Positions 1 through 11,852 of a stretch of 64,000 nt of DNA are shown here, piece by piece. The stretch spans positions 136,526,001-136,590,000 of the forward strand of contig NW_024704742.1 of assembly GCF_018977255.1 (NCBI RefSeq), in the 5' to 3' direction. Every line of letters starts with the position of its first letter. Positions within the stretch are counted from its first letter, which is position 1. Under the pieces are notes generated by a model, which saw nothing but the letters and a program-made list of their open reading frames with translations, did no database searches and was not told the DNA's origin. The translations under genes were made by a program, and so were the position numbers. The DNA comes from Callorhinchus milii (lineage: Eukaryota).

Positions 1-551
1 TGAAAAGAACTATCCAATTCAATCCCATTCTCCCGCCCTCTACCCATAGCAAACTTGTCCTCCCCTTATATTTCATGATGATCTTAAGATAATGTCCTTC
101 TACCATCTCACCCACCAGTGGATCACAAGATGACAAGATAGATCATTCAGGATCTATCTTGTCATTTACTCAGTGTCCTCGAACAGCCCTTTCCTCCTTT
201 CCTACTTGTTGATTCACATCTTTGCAAATCATGTTGAAACTTGAATCTAATCAAAAGTAGTTCCATGTGTTCAAGCCATTTGGCTCAAATCATCTGTATT
301 GGTGTTTATTCTCCAAACTAGCCTCCACCCAACCTAAGCCACACACCCTCTGTTTCCTTCTCTGTTGTGTGTCCATTCATGAGATGACATTTGGTCTCAG
401 CTCCTCAGGGTAAACAGGGAATATCTGCCAAGCTAACCACCCCTGATTCTTAACACTGCTGGAATGTCTGTGAGGGCAAGCAGGCTGGAGGGAACCTGTC
501 AACCACGCTACAAGGGCTCACAGGTAAAATACTGAGCACTTGGACAAGGTA

Positions 552-820
552 CCAGACAGAGGGCGAAACCTTGGGCAAGTTTCCTTACTCCACACAGAGC
601 CTAATAATAATCCTCCAAAACCAAAAACAATAATAAATTGGTCATTTTCAATCTACAACTGTTTGTGGGACATTGCTGTGCGCAATTGGCTGCCGCGTTC
701 GCCCACAAATATACAGTCAATTCACTTTACAGTATATTCTGTGAAGCGCTTTGGGACGTCCTCCCGACGTGAAAAGCGCTATATCAAATGCAAGGATTAT
801 TATTATTATTATTATTATTA
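552..820 (+). mobile_element. 5'-truncated young SINE copy
   Basis: Near-identical to the body and tail of 2355-2675. Confidence 0.9.
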
Positions 821-2354
821 CCAGAGCGTGTCTAGTGTTTATGAAATCGTTCCAGAATAGAGAAAACGCAGAAGATGAGGATGGTCATTTCAATCCTCGA
901 CTGTTTGTGGGACGCTGCTGTGCGCAATTGGCTCCCGAGTTTCACCCACAAATATACAGTTAATTCACGTTACAGTCTATTCTGTGAAACGCTTTGAGAT
1001 GTCTAGAACACATGAAAAGCGCTATAATCAAATGCAAGGATTAATTAGGGTTAGGGTTAAGGTTAAGGGTTAATTAATTAATTAATTAATCAATCATTTA
1101 GGATGAAGAAGGTGCTACAGTCCATCCTATTTCACCCCATCAACTGCATCAAGCTGCTTTTTGCCATCCTTTGATGAGACATTAAACCAACGTCCTTCTG
1201 CCTGTTTAGGTGGGTGTTCAAGATCCCACGGTGTTATTCGACACCTCTAACCTGATGTCCAGACCAACGATCCTCCAAATAAAATTGGTCCCTCACTCCA
1301 TGGCTGTTTGTGGGACGTGGCTGTGTGCAACTGGTTGCTGCGTTTCGCCCATAAAATACCACCAATCCACTGTAGAGTATATTCTGTGAAATGCTTTGAG
1401 ATGTCTCAGTGATGTGATATCAAATGCAAGGATTATTATTAGTATTTTAAATGTGGTCCATTGTCCTGTCCTCAAGTTGCTTTCCTGACAACCTGTTCCA
1501 GTTGTTGGTTTCACTCTGAGAGAAAAGAAAACAGCTTCTCCCTATTTATTTTCTGAAAGGCCAGATGTTTCCATAAACACTGCAGGGCGCAGGATTTCAC
1601 ATCATGTCTAAACAGGAGATTGTTTTATCAACAACATTTTACTGACTAATTTATTGCACAGATTAAAGAGACTGAATGTCTGGCCAGCTAAATAATTCTC
1701 CATCTTCAAACGAAAGGTCCCAGAGAAGCCTTTATAGATATGGAGTCCTGTAACATCGTGGTTAAAGCACTTGCCTCCAAGCGAGAGGATCTGGGTTCGA
1801 TTCCCTGACAGGGCAAAACCTTCGGCAAGTTTCCTTACTCCACATGCCTCTGTTTACCTAGCAGTAAATAGGAAGCTGGTTGTTAGTCATTTGGCAGATC
1901 AATTTCCAGGGGGAATAATCCCTTAATTTTTTAAAAATAATAGCAATTGGCTGCCACATTTCACCCAATATACAGCCAATTCACTTTACAGTACACTCTG
2001 TAAACCGCTTTGAGATGTGATAAGGCGCTATATGAAATGCAAGGATTAATATGAATGGGGAAAAAAGTAAATCCTGAACAATACTCTAGGATGCACAAAA
2101 TAACAACAGGACATAGGTTTACATTGCAAAGGGCAAACTCAGGACAGAGGAAGATTTTCTTTAACCAGAGGATAATTAACAACTGGAATAAGTTGCCAGG
2201 AAGGGAGGTTGAACAGGACACTGGACCCATTTAAAAAGCAGCTTGAAGCTGTGATATATAGTAGGGAGGGTATAATTAAAATAATGATCCTTTATTTGAT
2301 ATAGAGCCTTATCACATCCTCAAGACATCTGAAAGCGCTTCACAGGATATTTGT

Positions 2355-2675
2355 GGAGTCCTGTAGCTCAGTGGTTAGAGCACTCGCCTTGCAAGTGAGA
2401 GACCTGAGTTCAATTCCAGGCAGAGGGCGAAATCTTGGGCAAGTTTCCTTACTCCACACAGAGCCTAATAATAATCCCTCCAAAACCAAAAACAATAATA
2501 AATTGGTCATTTTCAATCTACGACTGTTTGTGGGACATTGCTGTGCGCAATTGGCTGCCGCGTTTGCTCACTAATATACAGTCAATTCACTTTACAGTGT
2601 GTTCTGTGAAGCGCTTTGGGACGTCCTCCCGACGTGAAAAGCGCTATATAAAATGCAAGGATTATTATTATTATT
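2355..2675 (+). mobile_element. Full-length young tRNA-derived SINE (dominant family; partial Deu-like domain, L2-type tail, (TTA)n)
   Basis: Head GGAGTCCTGTAGCTCAGTGGTTAGAGC (A box) ... GAGTTCAATTCC (B box), then CTGTTTGTGGGACATTGCTGTGCGCAATTGGCTGCC, then tail GCGCTATAT..AAATGCAAGGATTATT. Dozens of full or partial copies occur across the window. Confidence 0.93.
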
Positions 2676-4490
2676 CTGTGGTGAGCGCGTGCATTTGTGG
2701 CAAAGGTAGCAGCCAATTTGCGCACATCAATGTCCCACAAACATGGAGTGAGTGACCTATCTGACAATGTAACCCCCCACAGTGTCAGCTTATACTGTGC
2801 GACTTCAAGTTCCAATTTGGGGCTTGAACCCACAACCTTCTCAGGGGCGAGAGTGCGACACTGAGCCAGGCTGACACATTCTGTAAGGATGAGATCAGAA
2901 AGGCCAAAGGATCGTCTTCATCCAACCAATCTTGTGGCCTTGTGAAATATGATTAGTCTCCACTTATTTCTTCTCCCCCACCACTACCTCCCTGCCCACC
3001 CCCCCACACCCCCCACACACCCCTAACCCAAATTTGCAGGATTCCTAAACTGTTACTAACTATTTTTAGGAATATTTTACGATCACCAGCAGATGGCGCC
3101 CTCCACCATATGATACCAATAATAACACCGCCCCCCCTCCCCCCATCCCCCGCATTTGATAAAGCACTTTATAACATCATTGAGACGTCTCAAAGCGCTT
3201 GATATTAAAGTGGATTGACTGTGTATCTTACGGGCGAAACGCAGCCGCTAATTACGCACAGCAGCGTCCAACAAACAGTCGTGGATTGAGTGACCAAATT
3301 TTGTTTGGTGGTGGTGGGGGGGAAGAGATTATTACCCCCAGAAAGCGATCCACCAATCAACTACTTACTGCTAAATAAACAGAGACCTGTGGAGTAAGGA
3401 AATTTGCATAAGGTTTCTTCCCACCGGGGATTTGAACCCGGTTCCTGTCGCTATACTCAAGCCCAGCTTTGCAACCAAAGTCAGTGCTCAGAGATATTAC
3501 CCTAAGTGACGCGCGCTATAGAACTGCCGGTTGTTGTGGTGGTGGTGGTTGTCGCAGCGAGAGGAGAAAGTGAGACTGAATTTAAGAATTTCGCACACCT
3601 CTGCGAAATGTTGACAGTTTGACTTTGATAGTTTGCAGAACGCTGCCAAATTCTTAAATTCAGCCTCAATCCTTTTGAACATCTTCCATCGTGCACAAGA
3701 GGGAACGAGAGAGAAAGAGCATGGAGAGAGAGAGAGAGAGAAAAGTGAAATGGGGGTAATAAAGGGTAGAGTGAGATAGAGACTGAGTATTGAGAGGGAG
3801 GGCTGTTAAGGTAAATAATAATCCTTGCATTTGATAACAGCTTCTATAATATCCGAGGGAGATATCCAAATGCTCCACTGGATTTTGTTATAAAGTGCAA
3901 TGACTGTATTTTATGGACAAACACAGGAGCTAATTTGCTCACAGCAACATCCGAAAAAACAGCCAATGCGACCAATTTTATCTGAGGGATTGTAGGCCAA
4001 GACACCGGGAGAGAAAAACTCCCTTCTCCCTTTCATGAACAGTAAAGCCTTGGCTTACCAGACACCGGGTATCAGATTTCAAACCTTGCCCAAACCTAAT
4101 CATTAAAGTAATATTTCCAAGTGTACGTGTAGACTCCCAGACCAGATTTCCACCCATTAGTCCAGCTAGTCGTGGTTTAAGAGGAGTGCCATAGGATCTT
4201 TAACATCTACCTGAACAGACAACTACAACAACTTGCCCTGATATAGCTCCCTCCACACAGGGTAGTGTCTCAGAGCACTTAACAGTGCCGGAACCTGACA
4301 ATCTAATGTCTCATCCAAAGGACGGTACCTCCAAAATCCAATAAAACTTGTATTTATGTAATAATATAATATTTATATAATAATAATTCTTGCATTTGAT
4401 ATAGTGCCTTATCACTTCTTTGAGACGTCTCAAACCACTTTACAGAATATACTGTGAAGTGAATTGATTTTGAACTCCTGTAGTCTAGAC

Positions 4491-4670
4491 CAGTGGTGGC
4501 CAATCTTTTTGGTGGTCCAACCAAATTAATTTTTCTTCATTTATGGTCACAACTGTGCCCCCTGAACCCCCGCCCCAGTCCAGGCAAGTCCACACCAAAT
4601 CAACACCGTGTATCCAGTAGCTATCGAGCTGCGATACACGTGGAGTTGCCATCAATGATGAAAAGTTCAT
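4491..4670. mobile_element. Truncated hAT (Charlie-like) MITE
   Basis: Starts CAGTGGTGGCCAATCTTT directly after GTCTAGAC, which matches the NTCTAGAN target preference of Charlie hATs; homologous to 14848-15122. Confidence 0.65.
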
Positions 4671-5499
4671 TGTCTCAAAGCGCTTCACAGACTATACTGT
4701 AAAGTGAATTGATTGTATATTTTGTGGGCGAAACGCGGCAGCCAATTGCGCACGGCAGGCATGGATTCAGTGACCAAATTATTCTTATTTTCTTAAGGAT
4801 TATTATCCCTAGAAAGTAATTCGCCAATTGACTAACAACCGGTTTCCTATTTACTACCAGGTAGACATTGGTATGTAGAGTAAGGAAACTTGCCCAAGGT
4901 TTTGCCCTGCCCGGGAATCGAACCCAGGTCCTTTCTGCTTGCAAGCTGAGCTCTCTAACCATTACGCTACAGGACTCCAACATATAGCATCCTACACGCA
5001 GGGTAGTGTCTCGGAGTGTTTGATAATATAACATGACACAACAATAATCCTTGCATTTGATATAGTGCCTTATCACGTCTTCGAGAGTCTCAAAGTACTT
5101 CAAAGATTATACTATGAAGTGAATTGACTACATATTTTATGAGCGAAACACCACAGGCCAGTGGCCTACAAACAGCCGTGAATTGAGTGACCAATTTTTT
5201 TTGGAAGGAATGGTAGTGGAGCTGGACGCCAAGCGGGGATGAGGGTTCAAGTGACTGTAGGCACAGTCGAAGAGTCTTAAGGCATGATGCAGACTCCACC
5301 CCCCCCCAACCCCCTTGGCATCGCACTGGAGTGTCAGCCTAGACAGTGAACTCATGGGGCTTGAAACCACAGTACTCTGACTCAAAGGCGAGAGTGCTGC
5401 CAACTTTGCCTGGCGAAGTTACAAACACCACAAACCTTTAACCATCGTATAATAAACTGCTCGAAGTCTAGGATTTTAGTCTCCAAATAGAACCTCACA

Positions 5500-5545
<46 letters not shown>

Positions 5546-5709
5546 ACTCACACTTTCTTGCTCTCTCTCTCTTTCTCTCCCTCTTTCTCTCGCGTTCTTC
5601 ACACACTCTCTGGCTCTCTCTCTCTCACTCTCACACACACACTCGTTCTCTCTTGCTCTGTCTCACATGATGTCTCGATCACTCTCTTTCCCACACTCAC
5701 TCACTCCTT

Positions 5710-6385
5710 GACATCTCAGCTGCATTCGATACCGTTGACCACTCTATCCTCTTCCACCGCCTTCTCCACTCACCACAACCTTCACGGCTTTGTCCATGAC
5801 TGGTTCAGATCCTACCTCTCATACCATATCATACCATACTTCATCTCCACAAACGGTTTCTCTTCTAGCCCCCAGACCGTCTCGTACGGTGTTCCTCAGG
5901 GCTCTGTCCTTGGTCCCCTCCTCTTCGATATCTATATGCTCCCCCTTGGTGATATGATCCACAGACATGGGGTCAACTTCCACATATATGCGGATGATAC
6001 CCAACTCTACCTCTCTGCCTCCACCCTTGACTCCAGGACCACTGCTGTGCTGACAGAATATCTGTCAGACATCAAGTCCTGGATGAGAACTAACTTTCTT
6101 CAGTTGGACGTCAACAAGACCAAAATTACTCATTGACACCCGTCAGTACCTCCACACCTCAGGCGCTGAGAGTATCACCATGCCCCCTCCACCTCGCCCC
6201 TCCCTTGCCTCCTTCAAGGCCCATCTCAAGAACATCCTCTTCAACCTTGCCTTCGATTACTCAGTTTCCCCCAATGCCTTCCATCCTCCCCGATTCTAAC
6301 CCCCAGCTCCAGTACGAAACACCGATTGTCTAGTGCCTCGTCCTCCCGATGTGAAAGGCGCTATACAAATGTCATTTTGTCAACA
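5710..6385 (+). mobile_element. L2 LINE remnant (reverse transcriptase fragment plus 3' tail)
   Basis: GVPQGSVLGPLLFDIYMLPLG...HIYADDTQLYLS. Confidence 0.93.
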
Positions 6386-6427
6386 TTGCTGTTACTCTCT
6401 GCCACACTCCCGCTCTCAGATTTTCAT

Positions 6428-7440
6428 CGGAACATAGGAATAGGAGTAGCTCAGTCAGGCCTTCGAGCCTGTTCCGCCATTTAATTGGGTCATGGCTGAT
6501 CTGTAGTCAACCAATCTCCCGCTTTCTCCCTATATCCCTTAATACCCTGACCTACCAAAAACATATCAACCTCACTCTTAAGGTGTGGCCTTTTGGGGGA
6601 GAGAATTCCAGATTTCTACCACCCTTTGAGTGAAAAAATTCTTCCTGATTTCGCTCTTAAACGGCCTGGTTCTAGTTTTAAGACTATGCCACTTGTTCTA
6701 GATTCTCCCACCAGAGAAAATAGCTTTTCTACATCTACCCTATCAAATCCCTTCATTATCTTAAATACCTCAATCGAATCACCCCTTTAAACTCAAGGGA
6801 ATACAATCCGAGTTTACGCAGCCTTTCCTCGTAACTTAACCCTTTTAGGCCTGGTAACATTCTGCTGAACCTGCGCTACATCCCCTTCAGGGCCAATATA
6901 TCTTTCCTAAGGTGTGTTGTTCAAAACTGAACGCAGTCTCCAGATGGGGTCTGACTAACATTCTCTCACAGCATCGTAGAGTCCTGTAGCTCAGTGGTTA
7001 GAGCACTTGAAACCTTGGGCAAATTTTCTTACTCCACACGCCTGATAATAATCCCTCAAGAAAAAAAACAATAAGAAATTTGGTCACTTTAATCCACGAC
7101 TGTTTGTGGGACATTGCTGTGCGCAATTGGCTGCCGCGTTTCGCCCACAAATATACAGTCAATTCACTTTACAGTCTATTCTGTGAAACGATTTGAGACG
7201 TCGAGAAGGCATGAAAAGCGCTATATCAAATGCAAGAATTATTATTTATTATTATTATTATTATCCAGCTGAAGCATCATTTCTTCCCCTTTGGATTCCA
7301 GGCCCCTTGAAAGAAAGGCCAGCATCCCATTTGCCTTTTTGATTACTTTTTGGACCTGGGAACTAGTTTAGTGATGTGTGGATATCGACACCCAAATCTC
7401 TTTGTTCCTTCACAGATCTTAATTTCTTCCCATTAAGAAA
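6428..7440 (-). mobile_element. CR1-type LINE 3' fragment, split by the SINE at 6979-7263
   Basis: Reverse strand encodes GDSIEVFKIMKGFDRV...; tail TTCCTATGTTCC. Confidence 0.85.
6979..7263 (+). mobile_element. Intermediate-subfamily SINE interrupting a CR1
   Basis: Diagnostic CACGCCTGATAATAATCCCTCAAGAAAA junction; similar copies at 23239-23552 (-), 24725-25008 (+), ~27000-27310 (-) and 41578-41790 (+). Confidence 0.85.
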
Positions 7441-10400
7441 TCCCACACACTCTCTTGCTCTTTCTCTCTCTCTCTCATTCTCACGCTCGCTCTTTCTTTC
7501 TCTCGCTCCCTCTCACTCATACCCTCTCTGGTTCACAGAGCAGGGGGCAGGGGAGTAGGTGGTGAGATTTGATTACGTAAAGGGGATGTTAGGGAAACTC
7601 TAGCCACCTGCACTTTTGTACACAGGCACAGATTATGTTATTGCAACTGTGTGCAAATATTTAAAGTTTTCCTTGTTTTATATCTGAAGCGGGCAAGGCT
7701 TGGGACACTGCAGCTAATGACTGCTCGTCCTGGAGGAGGTATAAAACAAACACACAGTCTCTACACATTACAGCAAAAAAAATAATAATAATAATCCTTA
7801 CATTTTATATAGCAGTTTATCATGTCATTGAGCTTCACAGGTTATGCTGTAAAGTGAACTGACTGTATATTTGGGGGCGAAATGCGCAGCCAATTGCGCA
7901 CAAACATTCATGGATGAAATGACCAATTTATTATTGTTTTTTTTGAGGGATTATCATTTCCTTATGCGTGTGGAGTAAGGAAACTTGCCCAAGGAATCAA
8001 ATCCAGGTCTCTCGCTTGCAAAGCAAGTGCTCTAACCACCGAGCTACAGGACTCCACTATTAGGTGCAGTTTGGCAAGAGCAAAAGGCTTCGGGACCCCA
8101 GAGCATGTGTTGGGGGTAACTGCTGGAGTCTAACCAGCTAAAACCACATTGCTTGCCATTAATATCACTGTCTGGCAAGCTTTCCTGCTGCTTGTCCAGC
8201 TGGGACCACCGCCTGTTAGGGCTTTGGCTTCCAGGATTAACGGGAGCCGAGTAGGATCACTCTGTGCACCTGACTTGTCTGCCCTTCCAAGTCCTGCCGA
8301 TGAGCCAGGCTGGGCTGCGCTGTCCTCTGGAATACTACGCACCCACCTTGGAGCCCAGGAGATCCCGTTTACCACCTCACCCCCAACCCCCAGGAGGATA
8401 ATCACCAGTTGTCCACTCACTGCCCTACGAAAAGCGCTCCGAGACCCTGCCCCACTTGAAGGGCGCTACATAAACACAAGTTGTTATTCTTGTTGCCCAT
8501 TCACTGCTCAGTCATTTGGAAGCTCTGAGGTTTTGAATATCTACAACAAAGCAGTTCTTGGCTGATCTGAGGAAGCAATAATTGCTGTTTACAGGAAGTG
8601 TGGAATATACACAGTTTATAAATCAATCTACAAACATTATTTAGCTGCCTGTTGTTCAGGTCGACGTTAAAGATCCTGTCTCTTTTTCAACAACTGCACA
8701 GAATCTTTGTCATCGACCTGAGTTAACCCAAGTATGTGCCTCAGACTCCACCGTCAGCGATCGGGCCTTCAGCCTCTCTGCCCCCATCCTTTGGAACTCA
8801 ATCTCACAGTCCCTTCACTTCGCCCCCTCCCTAGCCTCCTTCAAGGCTTTGGTCACGCTCCTACCTCTATGCTTCCTGCCCTCCACCCTCCCTGTCCTCC
8901 ACCCCTCCTGATCCCAACCCCCTGTTTGAGTCCAAGTCCCTGATCCCTGGAGAGGGGAGGAGAGAGAGGGGGTGAGGGAGAGGAGTGGGAGAGAGGTGGG
9001 GAGAGAGGTGTGGGGGAGAGAAGGGAGTGGGGAAAAGAGAGCCTAGGATCAAAGAATGAAGCAAAACCTTTTCAGGTTCGAAGTGGAAATGTGGTTTGTT
9101 TTATTTAAGAGGTGGCACACAACACTGCGGAACTGTACATGTGGAGGTGGAAATGTGGACATTATGTGCACACTGCACTATGGGTGGTCAAGGCCTGGGT
9201 GTTAAAGACACGGTGAGATGTTTGAGCGAGTGGACAGTCTCAATCGTGGCAGCTCTGAGATACGATGTTTCCAAATTGCAAAAGTAAGTTGAGTGTTTGG
9301 GGATGTGGAGAAAAGGCCGGAAAATGGGATTAGAAGGATGGTTGAAGCCAGAACACTAGACCCATGTAAAAAACAACAGCTTTGCACCATGATGGGCAGA
9401 AGGTAGGGTGGGGATTTGGGAAGGATGAGGTCAAATGGACTGAAGAGTCTTGTTCATCCAAACCAATCTTCTGATCTTCTGATCTTGTGAACTGTAAGGC
9501 TGATACAGTTCCCCAAAGCTTTGGAACTCTTTCCCTCAGTCCCTCTGCCTTGTCTCCTTCCTTCCCCTCTTTTAGATCATGACTGAAGACCTTCCTCTTG
9601 ACCCATACTTATGGTCACCTCCTCTCTCCCCCTCGGCTTGGCACCACCACTGTTAAGCGCTCCGAGACGCTGCCACGCATGAAGGACACTAAATTGAAGC
9701 AATGTTGGTGGTGCCGGGGAGGAAGGCAACAAATCACTTATTTCACTTATTCTAAGCTCTCCTCTGTCATTTTGCTTTCTCGATACAACAACAACAACAA
9801 CAACAAGATTCGATTTATTGAGCGCCTTTCACGTCGGGAGGACATCCCAAGGCGCTGTAATAGGATACTCTGTCCTGTAAACATTCAAACATTCCTAAGG
9901 ATCTCATGGTGAGAGTTTACTGAACGGTTTCATGCAAAGCGAAAGGGAGTTTCTCCCCATGTCCTGCCAACAGATAAAACTGTCCATTCGCTTATCCTGA
10001 GCAACAATCCCACCAGATAATAAAATTGGTCACTCACTCCACGGCTGTTTGTGGGACATTGCTGTGTTCAAATTGGCTGCCGTGTCTGCCCACAAAAGCC
10101 ACAGTCACCGCATTTTACAGTGTATCCTGTGAAGCACTCCTACCTGAAAGGTCATATGTTGGGCTTACTATCATGGTTCAGCAGCTGATTCTTTGGAGTT
10201 TGCAGTCAGTGAAAGGCTGCAGCCATCGAGCCTAATCGAGCCTAATGTTAGAGGAGTTCTCAAGGGCATTTGGTTATCAGCACCAGAAAGTGTCGTCACT
10301 CGGAGTTCTGTCCTTTCAGTGCCGGCATTGGGTAGATATAATAATAATAATAATAATAATAATCCTTGCATTTGATATAGCGCTTTTCACGTCTTCTAGA

Positions 10401-11062
10401 CGTCCCAAAGCGCTTCACAGAATATACTGTAAAGTGAATTGACTATATAGTGTCAACCAGGGCTCAGCTTGCTCACTGACACCTCTCGCCTCCGTCCCAG
10501 ATGTTTCTGGGTTCAGGGTCAGTGTTATAAGAATATTAATAATCTTTGCATTTGATATAGCGTCTCATTATGTCATTGAGACGTCTCAAAGCGCTTCACA
10601 GAATAGACTGTAAAGTGAATTGACTGTGTATTTTGTGGTCGAAACGTGGCAGCCAATTGCGCACAGCAGTTTCCCACAAACAGTCGTTGATTGAATGACC
10701 AGATTACATGTTAACTGCTGAGTTCCCACCTACAGGCTGTTAGTTCAGCACACTAGCTGGCATTTGCAAAGGGTCCAAAAACACTTCCCAGTGGTTAGGA
10801 GGAAGGTGTAATGAGTAACTTAGAAGTCCTGAACGAAACAACAACATCAATAAACCATTCGCACAACACTTTTCATGTCGGGACGATGTTCCCAAGACGC
10901 TGGACAGTCAAGGATTTGTACCCGAGCAAGGTTTGGGATCAGGAGGGGTGGAGGGCAGGCAAGGTAGGGGTAGGAGGGTGACGAAGGTAAGGTTCAGGTA
11001 AGGACAAAGAACACTGAGATGCGCTCACTCTGAAACCGCCTTGTTCGTGTGTGGGTAACATG

Positions 11063-11852
11063 ACCCTGAGCTGTCCTTTCTCCCTCACATCCGCACCACA
11101 ACTGGCACCGCCTTCCATCACCTTCGGAACATCGCCAGACTACGCCATTACCTCACCCCTCACGCTGCTGAAACCCTGGTTCACGCCTTTGTCACCTCAA
11201 GGCTGGACTATGGGAACTCTCTCCTCGCCGGCCTTCCCGCCACCTCCCTCCACACTGCAGGTCATTCAGAACTCTGCAGCTCGTGTACTGTCCCGCACCA
11301 GGCTTCGGGACCACATCACTCCCACCCTCGCTCGCCTCCACTGGCTCCCCATCCCCCAGAGGATTGATTTCAAGATCCTCATCCTCACCTACAAGGCCAT
11401 TCACGGCCTTGCTCCCTCCTACCTCTCCAACCTACTATCCCCCTACCTACCTGCCCGTACCCTCCGTTCCTCTGGCTCCGGTCTGCTCCACGTCCCCGCC
11501 CCAACCGCCCTACCATCGGTGGTCGGGCCTTCAGCCTCTCAGCCCCCAGGCTCTGGAACTCCATCCCCCAGTGCCTTCGCCGCTTCCTCCCTTTCCTCCT
11601 TCAAGGCCGGTCTCAAAACCTTTCTCTTTGACCGTGCCTTCAGCTCCCCTCTCGACTCTCTTCCCCCTCCTCGCTCCCTCCCTTCCCTCCCCTCACCCTG
11701 ACCATTTCCCCTCCTCGCTCCCTCCCTTCCCTCCCCTCACCCTGACCATTTCCCCCCTGCTCGGGTCATGACCCAACTGTGCAGCGCCTTGGGACGTCCT
11801 CCTGACGTGAAAGGCGCTTTATAAATGGAATCTTGTTGTTGTTGTTGTTGTT
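11063..11852 (+). mobile_element. Young L2 3' fragment with (TTG)n tail
   Basis: [12 protein letters not shown]...[17 protein letters not shown]; tail GGGACGTCCTCCTGACGTGAAAGGCGC..AAATGGAATC(TTG)n. Confidence 0.93.

Noticed and set aside
540..860. Recurrent ORFs such as ...[11 protein letters not shown]...[12 protein letters not shown]
   Set aside because: Translations of SINE copies, not a protein family.
1045..1095. Interstitial telomeric repeat
   Set aside because: Only two exact TTAGGG units, degenerating into (TTAA)n at a SINE tail.
2355..2430. tRNA-Ala-like genes (TGC anticodon-like loop) at many positions
   Set aside because: These are SINE heads; they continue into the SINE body, and the acceptor stem does not close.
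5558..6136. Autonomous or domesticated reverse transcriptase
   Set aside because: Short, internally deleted L2 remnant; no intact LINE ORF exists in the window.
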